A stretch of 64,000 nt of DNA from Candidatus Saccharimonadota bacterium (GCA_026395405.1 JAPLYU010000001.1:250865-314864); one strand, 5' to 3'; shown: positions 14,814 through 24,754, counted from the stretch's first letter. Numbers and translations are program-made. Notes: a model not told the origin generated them from the sequence alone.

Positions 14814-16919
14814 ATGGACTTACTTGAAGGGCTAAATACGGCGCAAGTTAAAGCGGTGCAGATAACATCTGGACCGCTTCTTATTCTGGCTGGCGCCGGC
14901 AGTGGCAAGACAAAAACGCTGACACACCGGATTGCATATCTGATTGCAAACGAAAATATTTCGCCTAACGAAATTTTGGCGGTGACCTTTACGAACAAAG
15001 CTGCCAAAGAAATGCGCGAAAGACTGGGTGTTTTATTGGGGCAAAACAGTGCAAATCGTGGTTTTATGCCCTATATGGGCACTTTTCATGGAATCTGCGT
15101 GCGCATGCTAAGTATTGATGGTGAATTAATCGGAATTCCAAAGAACTTCGTAATCTATGACGAAGATGATAGGCGAGGGCTGATTAAACAAGTTATGAAA
15201 CGTTTGTCCATCAGTGACAATGAAATGAAATCGCGCTCAGTCAGCTCGGCCATTTCTAATGCAAAAAACGAGATGACGGATCCGGAAATGTATTTGGCTG
15301 CAGCCCAAGTCCCCTACCAAAAAAATGTTGCAAAAATCTATAAAAAGTACGAGGAACTCCGCAAAAAAGCCGGGGCACTCGATTTTGACGATTTGTTGCT
15401 GGAAGTAGTCCATTTGCTTCGGGACAATTCTGATGTTCGTAAAAAATGGCAAGATAAATTCAAACACATTTTAATCGACGAATACCAGGATACGAATGCG
15501 GCCCAGTACAACATTATTAAACTATTAGTCAACGAAAAACGAAATATTTGCGTAGTGGGTGACGACTGGCAATCGATTTATAGCTGGCGTGGTGCCGATT
15601 TTACAAATATTCTGAATTTTGAGCGTGATTTTAAGGGTACGGCCGTAATCAAGCTGGAACAAAACTATCGTAGTACCGGCAATATTTTGGATGCCGCCAG
15701 TAACGTTATCGCTAAAAACGTCAAACGAACCGACAAAAAACTTTGGACTAAAGCTGGGGCGGGCGCGCCTGTCCAAGTACATGAACTTTACGACGAAGCC
15801 GAAGAGGCGAATTTGGTCGGCGAAAGAATTTCATCACATGTAACAATCGGTGCCAGAAAATACGGTGATTTTGCCGTTTTATACCGTACAAATGCCCAAA
15901 GCTACACCTTGGAACGCGCATTTTTGCGTTTTCGTGTCCCCTACCAGATTATTGGTGGAGTCAGGTTTTATGATCGCAAGGAGATTAAAGATGTTATTGC
16001 ATATCTGCGGTTAATTTATCAACCACAGGACAGGATGAGTTTCAGCCGGATTGCGAATGTTCCGGTCCGTAGTGTTGGCGCAATGAGTTTGGAAAAGTTT
16101 TTGCAGTGGCAGTCGGGAAGTGACATGGATATTATTACCGCACTTGAAAATGTTGAGCAAACCAGTACGATTACAGCCAAAGCTAAATCTTCACTTTCTA
16201 TCCTCGGCCAAAAACTTAGGTTATTGCAGGCTGATATGCAGACCGCAACACCAAAGGAGCTGATTGAGCGAATGTTAGGCCTGGTGGGGTATCGCGAATA
16301 TATAGCCGATGGCAGTCCGGCCGCCGAAGAACGCGAAGCCAATATCGGTGCACTTTTGTCAGATGCTCAAAGCTTTGTTACTTTACCCGACTTTTTAGAA
16401 GAAGTAGCCCTAATGTCCAGTGCTGATACCAGCAGCCACGGACAAAAAGTAACACTTATGACACTTCATGCCGCAAAGGGTTTGGAGTTTCCGGTCGTTT
16501 TCATTGTTGGGATGGAAGAGGGAATCTTGCCACATGCCAGAGTTTATGAAGCCGGACCAGACGAACTAGAAGAAGAACGTCGCTTGGCCTACGTTGGAAT
16601 GACCAGGGCACGCGAAGAACTTCATCTAACCTATGCCGGAAGTCGCATGCAGTTCGGGCAGCGTGGCTACAACCCAATGTCACGTTTTATATCAGACATG
16701 GGCGATCAAGTGAATCTGTCTGCTCCAGTTGCACCAAAATTCGTTGTCGAGCAGGAATTTTACAGTGACGAGGTATTTACAGTCGGCGAAAACGTTCGCT
16801 CGGCAACGTTCGGGTGTGGACAAATTGTCGAAGTTGATGGTTTGGCAATGACTATAAAATTTGACGATGGCCGAACTAAAAAACTCAACGCCGAATATGC
16901 TAGATTAGAGAAAATTTAA
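14814..16919 (+). CDS. pcrA: ATP-dependent DNA helicase, UvrD/PcrA family
   Basis: Walker A AGAGSGKT, motifs DEYQDTN, VGDDWQSIYSWRGA, LEQNYRS, TLHAAKGLEFP and VGMTRA. Confidence 0.9.
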   Translation: MDLLEGLNTAQVKAVQITSGPLLILAGAGSGKTKTLTHRIAYLIANENISPNEILAVTFTNKAAKEMRERLGVLLGQNSANRGFMPYMGTFHGICVRMLSIDGELIGIPKNFVIYDEDDRRGLIKQVMKRLSISDNEMKSRSVSSAISNAKNEMTDPEMYLAAAQVPYQKNVAKIYKKYEELRKKAGALDFDDLLLEVVHLLRDNSDVRKKWQDKFKHILIDEYQDTNAAQYNIIKLLVNEKRNICVVGDDWQSIYSWRGADFTNILNFERDFKGTAVIKLEQNYRSTGNILDAASNVIAKNVKRTDKKLWTKAGAGAPVQVHELYDEAEEANLVGERISSHVTIGARKYGDFAVLYRTNAQSYTLERAFLRFRVPYQIIGGVRFYDRKEIKDVIAYLRLIYQPQDRMSFSRIANVPVRSVGAMSLEKFLQWQSGSDMDIITALENVEQTSTITAKAKSSLSILGQKLRLLQADMQTATPKELIERMLGLVGYREYIADGSPAAEEREANIGALLSDAQSFVTLPDFLEEVALMSSADTSSHGQKVTLMTLHAAKGLEFPVVFIVGMEEGILPHARVYEAGPDELEEERRLAYVGMTRAREELHLTYAGSRMQFGQRGYNPMSRFISDMGDQVNLSAPVAPKFVVEQEFYSDEVFTVGENVRSATFGCGQIVEVDGLAMTIKFDDGRTKKLNAEYARLEKI

Positions 16920-16925
16920 CCAAAT

Positions 16926-16978
16926 TTACATATTATAAAATAAAACCTTCTTTTAGAAGGTCCGTCCTTCTAAAAGTT
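16926..16978 (+). repeat. about 53-nt intergenic repeat with 11-bp hairpin, copy 1 (after pcrA)
   Basis: ttacatattataaaataaaa..c.tttagaaggtccgtccttctaaaagtt is nearly identical to 37847-37899. Hairpin cttttagaagg / ccttctaaaag. Confidence 0.7.
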
Positions 16979-17039
16979 AGTCGATAAAGTTGATTTTTGG
17001 TATAATTGACTAATACCGGTTGAGGTATATTAAGAATTT

Positions 17040-18185
17040 ATGAATATTCTGAAAAAAAAGACTGTAACACTTGTCGCCGCGCTAATAACTGCGCTTATTT
17101 TTTTGATATTTGCCGCACTTTTTACTGTTTCTGGCATAACCCACGCCCAAGATAGCGGTTCGCAAAGTTCTCGTCTGATTACAATTCATGACCGCGGTGT
17201 TACCAAGGTGGTGCTAACAAAAGCTACGACAATTGGTAATGCTATCGCAGATGCCGGAATACCAATTGATAAAAAAGACATGGTTGAACCAGACGTAAAC
17301 CAAAAACTAATCGCCACTCACTATCAAGTCAATATCTATCGTGCCAGGCCGGTGCTAGTCATTGATGGGAATATTCGACAAAAAATCATTACGCCCTACC
17401 AAACCCCCCTACAAATAGCGGCTGGTGCCGGTATTGTGGTTTATCCCGAGGATATTACGACGATTGATCGCGTTGACGACTTGGTTAGCGGAGCTGGTTT
17501 ACAGATGACAATAAAACGGGCAATACCGTTCGAATTCACGCTATATGGGAAAACCTCAACCGTTCGAACTCAGGCATCAACGGTTGGCGGAATGTTGTCT
17601 GAAAAAGGGATAAAACTTACAAAAGACGACCGAGTATCACCGGGTGCAAATTCCAAAATTGTTTTTGGCTTGCCCGTAAGGGTTTGGCGAGAAGGCAAAC
17701 AGACAATCACTTTCGAAGAGGTAGTTAATTTTGACATAGAGAAAATTCAAGATGCCGACAGGCCAGTTGGGTATCTGAACATCACAACCCCCGGCGTAAC
17801 CGGTACTCGAAATGTTACTTATGAAATTGTTGTTCAAGACGGCCAAGAAATTTCTAGAAAAGAGATTGCCAGCCTAACAACAAGACCTCCGGTAAAGCAG
17901 GTCGAGGTCGTCGGGGCAAAATTGGCATTTAGCGGTGATTTTGCAGCCGCCTTGGCGAAACTACGCAGTTGTGAGGGTGGATATAATAGTTGGAATGCAT
18001 CAGGTCCATATTACGGGGCATATCAATTTGACAGACAAACATGGGGGACCGTAGCTAATCCGGCGGATTATGGATCAGCATCGCCAGCCGAACAAGACAA
18101 CGCCGCATATCAGCTTTATCTGCGTCGCGGATGGCACCCGTGGCCAGTATGTGGGGCAGCTGTTCTGCCGGATATTTATAGATAA
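17040..18185 (+). CDS. RpfB/YabE-like secreted protein (DUF348 repeats, G5 domain, C-terminal transglycosylase-like domain)
   Basis: N-terminal TM/signal. G5-like segment (ITTPGVTGTRNVTYEIVVQDGQEISRKEI). C-terminal CEGGYNSWNASGPYYGAYQFDRQTW...AEQDNAAYQLY..RGWHPWPVCG resembles the Rpf-type transglycosylase domain. Confidence 0.75.
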   Translation: MNILKKKTVTLVAALITALIFLIFAALFTVSGITHAQDSGSQSSRLITIHDRGVTKVVLTKATTIGNAIADAGIPIDKKDMVEPDVNQKLIATHYQVNIYRARPVLVIDGNIRQKIITPYQTPLQIAAGAGIVVYPEDITTIDRVDDLVSGAGLQMTIKRAIPFEFTLYGKTSTVRTQASTVGGMLSEKGIKLTKDDRVSPGANSKIVFGLPVRVWREGKQTITFEEVVNFDIEKIQDADRPVGYLNITTPGVTGTRNVTYEIVVQDGQEISRKEIASLTTRPPVKQVEVVGAKLAFSGDFAAALAKLRSCEGGYNSWNASGPYYGAYQFDRQTWGTVANPADYGSASPAEQDNAAYQLYLRRGWHPWPVCGAAVLPDIYR

Positions 18186-18961
18186 TGACAGCTCAAAATA
18201 AACACTTAGGCCAAAATTGGCTTCATAGTAGGGAAGTGCTTGCAAAAATAGCAGATTACGCCGAGATTTCAAAAAACGAAACCGTTCTGGAAATTGGTCC
18301 CGGATTAGGAACGCTTACAAGCGAACTTTTAAAGAGGGCAAGGGCGGTAGTAGCCGTTGAATTTGATGACGAATTGGCGCGCAAATTACCAGCTCAGTTT
18401 CCGGGCAAAAATCTGGAGGTAATATCGGAGGATATTTTAAAGTTTGATTTATCAGATATGTCGCCCGGCTATAAAGTTGTGGCTAATATCCCCTACTACA
18501 TTACCAATAAAATTATACAAATCTTGATGACTGCCAAAAATAAGCCCAAAACGACCGTACTATTGGTTCAAAAAGAGGTTGCACAGCGACTAGCTGCCAA
18601 ACCTGGTAAAATGAGCATTTTGTCAATAAGTGCGCAGGTTTTCGCGGAAGTAACGCTTGGCGATATAGTTCCGGCAGAATTATTTACACCCGTGCCAAAA
18701 GTTGACAGTCAAATAGTTATTCTTAGAACCAGAAAAACTCCGCTAGTAACTAATGCCGATGAACCCAACTTTTTCAAAGTTGTAAAAGCCGGTTTTTCCT
18801 CAAAACGCAAAAAACTGCGCAGCAGCCTTTCAGGTGGTTTAAAACTTCCCAAAGATGAAGTCGAGATACTTATGGGCAAGGCGAATATCGATCCTAATGA
18901 ACGCGCCGAAGCACTGAGCCTGCCGGATTGGGTCCGATTGACTCATATTGTTGCCAAATAA
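18185..18961 (+). CDS. rsmA: 16S rRNA (adenine1518/1519-N6)-dimethyltransferase
   Basis: LGQNWL, VLEIGPGLGTLT and VVANIPYYIT motifs. Its start overlaps the upstream stop (ATAATG). Confidence 0.9.
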   Translation: MTAQNKHLGQNWLHSREVLAKIADYAEISKNETVLEIGPGLGTLTSELLKRARAVVAVEFDDELARKLPAQFPGKNLEVISEDILKFDLSDMSPGYKVVANIPYYITNKIIQILMTAKNKPKTTVLLVQKEVAQRLAAKPGKMSILSISAQVFAEVTLGDIVPAELFTPVPKVDSQIVILRTRKTPLVTNADEPNFFKVVKAGFSSKRKKLRSSLSGGLKLPKDEVEILMGKANIDPNERAEALSLPDWVRLTHIVAK

Positions 18962-18982
18962 CGCTAATGCTATACTTACCAT

Positions 18983-20068
18983 ATGCGACAGCGTACACGT
19001 AGTTCTACATCTACCAACCATCATCTAACACCTACCAGCATCGGTTTTACTCTTATTGAGCTGGTAATCGTCATCGCCGTTATAGCTATCGTTGCCGTGT
19101 TAGGTATGGCAGGTTATAACGCAGAAATTAACAGCACAATCAGTTCCTCTATTCAATCAAGCCTAAAGAACACCTCAAAACAATTAAACGTTGATCAGGC
19201 TCGCAGTATTACTGGTATTTTTCCAGCTACTCTTGCTGATGCTAATAACGGTACGGGTATTAGTTTTAACACAGACACAACGGTGGTATACAAAGTTGAT
19301 AATGCCGATACCCCTAAAACGTTCTGTCTATCAGCGACTCAAAGAGGTCAAAGTTACTTTATCACCCAAGAAGGCACCATATTTGCAGGACCCTGCCCGG
19401 TTCTATACCTCGATGCAGGTATTTCCACGTCATACCCAGGTACAGGCGCTATCTGGTATGATTTGAGCGGGAATGGAAATAATGGCACGTTGGCAAATGG
19501 ACCGAATTATAGTAGCTCAAATGGAGGGTCATTGGGTTTTAATTATGATATACCAAACTATGTTACAGTTGCTCTAGCAAATTCATTTAATAAAACCGAA
19601 GGGACAATTAACCTTTGGGTTAACCCAACAAGATATAATGGTGGAAATGGATATTTTGTAAATCGTGAAGACGCTACTCCAAATGCTACTGATTGGTTTT
19701 GGATTGGCCCATACAGTGATACATTTTATTTTAGAATTGGGAATGGAGCGGATTGTTGCAGCAATGACCTTTCTTTTGGTAGCGTTTCTACAGTTATTCC
19801 TATTAATACCTGGACTAATATGAGCTTTACTTGGAAAATTAATGGAAGATCTGTAATTTATAAAAATGGAAATCCATTAACATCAAGAACCATTGGAAAT
19901 ATACCTAATACTAACCCAGCAACTAATGGAACATTTGGACTTGGGCATACAAATGGACCAAGTTATTTTGATGGTAAAATGTCAGTCATTCAATCCTACA
20001 ACAGAGCTCTTAGTACAAACGAAATTCAACAAAACTACAACATACTTAAGGGTCGATTCGGCCTATAG
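18983..20068 (+). CDS. type IV pilin-like protein fused to a LamG/concanavalin-A-like lectin domain
   Basis: Class III signal SIG/FTLIELVIVIAVIAIVAVLG. The C-terminus has GTINLWVNP...FYFRIGNG...FDGKMSVIQSYNRALSTNEIQQNY, typical of LamG_3 jelly-roll domains. Confidence 0.8.
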   Translation: MRQRTRSSTSTNHHLTPTSIGFTLIELVIVIAVIAIVAVLGMAGYNAEINSTISSSIQSSLKNTSKQLNVDQARSITGIFPATLADANNGTGISFNTDTTVVYKVDNADTPKTFCLSATQRGQSYFITQEGTIFAGPCPVLYLDAGISTSYPGTGAIWYDLSGNGNNGTLANGPNYSSSNGGSLGFNYDIPNYVTVALANSFNKTEGTINLWVNPTRYNGGNGYFVNREDATPNATDWFWIGPYSDTFYFRIGNGADCCSNDLSFGSVSTVIPINTWTNMSFTWKINGRSVIYKNGNPLTSRTIGNIPNTNPATNGTFGLGHTNGPSYFDGKMSVIQSYNRALSTNEIQQNYNILKGRFGL

Positions 20069-20124
20069 TTTTAAATAATACCTTCGAAGACTATTATTTA
20101 ATCTGTTACAATATTACTAGAACT

Positions 20125-21609
20125 ATGGAAAAAAAATTATACATTACAACCGCAATTCCTTATGTAAACGCGCCGCCTCACATCGGCAACGCCCTTGACT
20201 ATTTGCTAGCCGATATTTGGACACGTTATCAAAAACAAAACGGGAACGAAGTGCGTTTTCAGGTTGGCACAGACGAACATGGAAATAAAATTGCCGCCAA
20301 GGCAGCCGAATCTGGAATTGATCCCAAAACCTACGTCGATAAAATGTATGTAAATTTCGAAGCATTGATGAAAAAAGTCGGCGCCAGCTATACTGATTTT
20401 ATTCGTACAACCGACCCGAAACACATAGAAGCCGTTCAAATTATCTGGCAAAAACTACAGCAATATATTTACAAGGGGACGTATGAGGGTTGGTATTGTG
20501 TCGGTTGCGAATCATTTGTTTCCGACAAGGAAGCCACCGAAAACGGCGGGGTTTGCCCAGATCACAATCAACCATATCAGCGCCTAAGCGAAGAAAACTA
20601 TTATTTCAAAGCCAGCGCTTTTTCTGATGCGGTCCGTGAAGCAATTAAAAGCGGCGAAATGCAAATCGTTCCGGAATTTCGTAAAAAAGAATTTCTAGAA
20701 CTTATGAAAGACGGTCTGCAGGATGTCAGCATTTCCAGGCCGCGCAAAAACCTCAGTTGGGGTGTTCCAGTGCCAGGTGACCCCGATAATATTATGTATG
20801 TTTGGATGGATGCACTGTCGAACTATATCACCGTATTGGGCTATCCAAATAATCCGACTTGGCAAGAATTTTGGCCAGCAGATGTAGAAGTTTTAGGCAA
20901 AGATATCATGCGTTTTCACGCTGGTCTTTGGCCGGCAATGTTATTGGGGCTGGGACTGCCTTTGCCGAAAAAACTATTAGTCCACGGATTTGTTAACGTT
21001 GGTGGCGCCAAAATGAGTAAAAGCGTCGGAAACATCGTTGACCCTAACCAGATTATCGATGAATATGGTGTTGATGCTTTTCGCTATTTCTTTTCACGGC
21101 ACATCCCGACACTAGATGACGGTGACTTCACTTGGGAGAAGTTCGAAACTGCTTATAATACAGAACTGGCCAACGATCTAGGTAACCTAGTTTCGCGAAT
21201 CGCCAGCATGGTTACTCGTTACGAGGCTGGTGTTATTGGCGTTGTCAATCATGGCGAACATGACATGAACGTTTATCACGAAACGATGGACTCATTGGAA
21301 TTTAATAAGTCCATGGACGAGACTTGGTCAAAGGTCCGCAGTCTGAACCAATATATTGAAAGCGTCAAACCGTGGGTAATTGCCAAACAAATAGAAAAAA
21401 ACCCAGAAGCCGCACCACATTTATCAGAGGTGTTAACTTACTCGGTTGGCTCAATCATGCAAATTGCGGATTTACTAGTTCCATTTTTGCCCGACACTGC
21501 CAGTAAAATTCATAAAGTATTTGAAACTGGAAAAATCGTAGCGCTTGACGGCGTGTTATTCCCAAAAATCTATATTCACACCGAAAGCCCGAATCCTGTC
21601 AAGAAATAG
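20125..21609 (+). CDS. metG: methionyl-tRNA synthetase (short form)
   Basis: HIGH-type motif PPHIGNAL, KMSKS motif and a Cys-rich CP1 knuckle (CVGCESF...CPDH). Confidence 0.9.
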   Translation: MEKKLYITTAIPYVNAPPHIGNALDYLLADIWTRYQKQNGNEVRFQVGTDEHGNKIAAKAAESGIDPKTYVDKMYVNFEALMKKVGASYTDFIRTTDPKHIEAVQIIWQKLQQYIYKGTYEGWYCVGCESFVSDKEATENGGVCPDHNQPYQRLSEENYYFKASAFSDAVREAIKSGEMQIVPEFRKKEFLELMKDGLQDVSISRPRKNLSWGVPVPGDPDNIMYVWMDALSNYITVLGYPNNPTWQEFWPADVEVLGKDIMRFHAGLWPAMLLGLGLPLPKKLLVHGFVNVGGAKMSKSVGNIVDPNQIIDEYGVDAFRYFFSRHIPTLDDGDFTWEKFETAYNTELANDLGNLVSRIASMVTRYEAGVIGVVNHGEHDMNVYHETMDSLEFNKSMDETWSKVRSLNQYIESVKPWVIAKQIEKNPEAAPHLSEVLTYSVGSIMQIADLLVPFLPDTASKIHKVFETGKIVALDGVLFPKIYIHTESPNPVKK

Positions 21610-21612
21610 ACC

Positions 21613-22401
21613 ATGTTAATTGATACGCATTGCCATATTCACGAATTTGATTACCCATTTGAAGCGGGTGAAGTTATTAGCCGCGCCCATGCAGCTGGTG
21701 TTGAAAAAATAATTTGTGTCGGAACGAATCTGACTGATTCCAAATTGGCACTTGATTTAGCCACGAAACACGATGGAGTGTTTGCGTCGGTTGGCGTGCA
21801 TCCTCATTACGCCAAGGAGGATATTGGTGATCTGGCCCGTCTAGTTGACTCCGTTCATTCGGGAAATAAATTGGTTGCTATCGGTGAAATCGGCTTGGAC
21901 TATCACTATTCGGACGGCACATCACATGATGCACAGAAAAAAATTCTAAAACAACAGATTGAACTGGCGCTGGACCATGATTTGCCAATTATCTTTCATG
22001 TTCATGATGCCTATGATGAGTTTTGGGAAGTTTTGGATGGGTTTAAAGACGACGGCAGGCAAATCCGGGGAGTATTGCATTGTTTTACGGATACAATCGA
22101 AAACTCCAAAGAAGGGCTGAAACGCGGTTTTTATATCAGCCTAAACGGCATTTGTACATTTACTCACGATAAATTGCAAAAAGAAATGTTTGATTCAATC
22201 CCATTGGATAAAATATTACTGGAAACAGATGCACCATGGTTGACACCTTACCCCTTACGTGGTAAAATAAAAGAAAACGAGCCAGCGTTCGTGAGGGAGG
22301 TCGCCGAATATATCGGCCAGACCCGTAATGTTCCGATTGAACAAATCGCAGACATAACAACTCGGAATGCTAGCAAACTGTTTAAATATATAAACCACTA
22401 A
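21613..22401 (+). CDS. tatD: TatD-family metal-dependent hydrolase/DNase
   Basis: IDTHCHI, VGVHPH, IGEIGLDY, IFHVHDA, HCF and ETDAPWL motifs. Confidence 0.85.
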   Translation: MLIDTHCHIHEFDYPFEAGEVISRAHAAGVEKIICVGTNLTDSKLALDLATKHDGVFASVGVHPHYAKEDIGDLARLVDSVHSGNKLVAIGEIGLDYHYSDGTSHDAQKKILKQQIELALDHDLPIIFHVHDAYDEFWEVLDGFKDDGRQIRGVLHCFTDTIENSKEGLKRGFYISLNGICTFTHDKLQKEMFDSIPLDKILLETDAPWLTPYPLRGKIKENEPAFVREVAEYIGQTRNVPIEQIADITTRNASKLFKYINH

Positions 22402-22415
22402 GAGGTGAAGAATAA

Positions 22416-22661
22416 ATGTATCAGGAATCGCAGGATCTGCAAATCCACAGCCATGTCCCAGATGAGCCTAATAAAGACGAGCTCGATGCTATTGATGCAA
22501 TATACCGTGATATGCCGGTGGATGCTTCGGATGTTGTTTTCTTTCGACCCGAACAAGTAGCTAACCCGTATTCAAGAAAACTGTACGCAGTAAGTGATGA
22601 ACTTAATAGAGCGCGTTCCCGTTGTTTAGATAGCCAATTTTTTATTGAGGATGCTGCCTAA
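22416..22661 (+). CDS. hypothetical small acidic protein
   Basis: 81-aa ORF whose stop overlaps the next start by 1 nt (TAATG). No recognisable motif. Confidence 0.45.
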   Translation: MYQESQDLQIHSHVPDEPNKDELDAIDAIYRDMPVDASDVVFFRPEQVANPYSRKLYAVSDELNRARSRCLDSQFFIEDAA

Positions 22662-23086
22662 TGAAAAGCTTCGGTAATTCGGTTACAAAAGTAATATTCG
22701 GCAAAGTGTTGCCATTTAAGCGCCTTGAGCCATTAACAGAAGACATTCTTCGGGCAAAGGAAAGCGAAATCGGCGCAACAATATTTGGCGCAATGGCACC
22801 AAATGAAATTCAAAGAGAATTCTGGTACGATCGACGAATTGCCGATAGAGACAGTTGGCTCTTTCATCAAAAAATCGTAGAAGATACAGGCGTAAAAGAT
22901 GTAACTATTCATTACGAAGTTCATCCAAATGGGGTACTAAGAATTAGCAGTCATCCAAATACAAAAAATGAATTTATTGAAGGTCAAGAATTAGAAAACT
23001 TTATGACAGCGACCGAATTATATCGGGATATGGTCATAGAAAAGATTTACGAATCAAACTGGTATTTGAGTAAAATAGCTGCTTAG
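22661..23086 (+). CDS. hypothetical protein
   Basis: 141-aa ORF translationally coupled to 22416-22661. No recognisable motif. Confidence 0.5.
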   Translation: MKSFGNSVTKVIFGKVLPFKRLEPLTEDILRAKESEIGATIFGAMAPNEIQREFWYDRRIADRDSWLFHQKIVEDTGVKDVTIHYEVHPNGVLRISSHPNTKNEFIEGQELENFMTATELYRDMVIEKIYESNWYLSKIAA

Positions 23087-23107
23087 CCGTTATAATTAAA
23101 GTTAGTA

Positions 23108-24262
23108 ATGAAATGCGAGATAATTTATCTGGATCATGCAGCTGCTACGCCTATGGACGCGCGAGTTTTGACGGCAATGCAGCCGTATTTTATTGATAAT
23201 TTTTATAATCCATCCAGCCCATACCTGCCAGCTGTATCCGTAAAGCGTGACTATGAAAATGCCAAACACGTAATTGCACAGCAAATCGGCGGTAAAATCG
23301 GCGAAATTATTATTACAGCCGGTGCAACCGAATCTATAAACCTAGCTTTTAGCGGTGTTTCTGGTCACGTTATTACTTCGAACGTCGAACACGACTCGGT
23401 GTTGGCATGTGCTAAACATCACGAAAATACTGTAGTGGCAGCTGATAATCATGGCCTAGTGACCGTCGATGTAATAAAATCGGCGATAAAGCCAGATACG
23501 CAACTTGTCAGCATTGCGCTAGCTAATAACGAACTGGGAACAATTCAGCCGATTCGGGACATTGCTGAAGTTATTAAAACAGAACGAAATAACAGATTGC
23601 AACTGGGTGACAAAACGCCGATTTATTTACACTGCGATGCTTCGCAAGGTGCCTGCCAATTAGATATAAATGTTGCCAGGCTAGGCTTCGACATGTTGAC
23701 CCTAAATGCCGGCAAGATTTATGGGCCCAAGCAAGTTGGGCTATTATGGGCAGCTAGCCACGTCCATTTGCAGCCGCAAATCGTTGGCGGTGGTCAAGAA
23801 AACGGAATACGCAGCGGTACAGAAAACGTTGCAGGTACGATTGGGTTCGCTCGTGCCCTAGAACTTGTCGGCGAACATCGAAAATACGAATCTAAAAGAC
23901 TGGCAAAACTGCGCGACATCTTGCAAACAACGCTTTCGGATGCGTTTGAGTATGCTATTGTATCTGGGCACAAGAAACATCGTCTGGCTGGTCATTTACA
24001 TATTTCTTTTCCCGGTTTGGACGGCGAAAGGCTGATTTTCCTACTGGAAAAACGTGGGGTGCTGGTAGCAACCGGCAGTGCTTGTGCTGCAAATAAAGGG
24101 ACAAGGTCGCATGTTTTAACGGCTATCGGGCTAGGTCCTGAAGCGGCTGATGGTAGTATTAGGATTTCTCTGGGACATTTGTCGACGCCTGAAAATACCG
24201 AAACTGCCGGTAAAATAATGATTGAAGAGATAAAAAACGAATACAAACGAGTGGGCCAATGA
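23108..24262 (+). CDS. cysteine desulfurase (class V aminotransferase, NifS/IscS-like)
   Basis: IYLDHAAATP, TAGATESINLA, LHCDASQ and GKIYGPK (PLP Lys region), plus the active-site loop ATGSACAA. Confidence 0.85.
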   Translation: MKCEIIYLDHAAATPMDARVLTAMQPYFIDNFYNPSSPYLPAVSVKRDYENAKHVIAQQIGGKIGEIIITAGATESINLAFSGVSGHVITSNVEHDSVLACAKHHENTVVAADNHGLVTVDVIKSAIKPDTQLVSIALANNELGTIQPIRDIAEVIKTERNNRLQLGDKTPIYLHCDASQGACQLDINVARLGFDMLTLNAGKIYGPKQVGLLWAASHVHLQPQIVGGGQENGIRSGTENVAGTIGFARALELVGEHRKYESKRLAKLRDILQTTLSDAFEYAIVSGHKKHRLAGHLHISFPGLDGERLIFLLEKRGVLVATGSACAANKGTRSHVLTAIGLGPEAADGSIRISLGHLSTPENTETAGKIMIEEIKNEYKRVGQ

Positions 24263-24754
24263 AAAAAATATTAATCTGGCTAATCACAATTATAATTCTT
24301 ATTGTTATTTTTATCGTTGGAATTAGCCTTTATTTGCAACCAAACAATTTAAGTGATTGCGCGCATCCGATAGGTGATAGGTATTGGTTTTCCAGAGAGT
24401 GCTTCTTCATGGGCTTCTTGACGAATCCGATCGCGATCATCAGGATGGAAAAAAAGTGAAAATATTTACATTGATGAATATGCCGCTACAACAGGTCAGA
24501 ATGCCAAGGATACTCAGACAATTTTTGCCCAGCACAATATTAAACGCGTGATTCTGGTAACCTCTGCTTATCATCAGCGCAGAGCCAGTCTAGAGTTTAA
24601 TAAACGGGCTAAAGGTGTCGTCATATTAGACAGTCCGGCTGGAAACGACAAAGACTGGTCATTCTGGTGGTTTTTAACATTTCGGGGTTGGTGGCTAGTC
24701 GGTGGTGAAACAGTAAAAATAATGATTTTCTATTTGACGGGCTTATGGTCGTAG
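24259..24754 (+). pseudogene. degraded DUF218 (YdcF/ElyC/SanA-like) gene split into two frames
   Basis: ORF 24259-24459 supplies an N-terminal TM helix. From about 24458 the second frame reads ENIYIDEYAATTGQNAKDTQTIFAQHNIKRVILVTSAYHQRRASLEF, which is the DUF218 C-terminal signature. The frames switch at an A7 run (24449-24455), and the central Gly-rich part of the domain appears to be missing. Confidence 0.5.
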
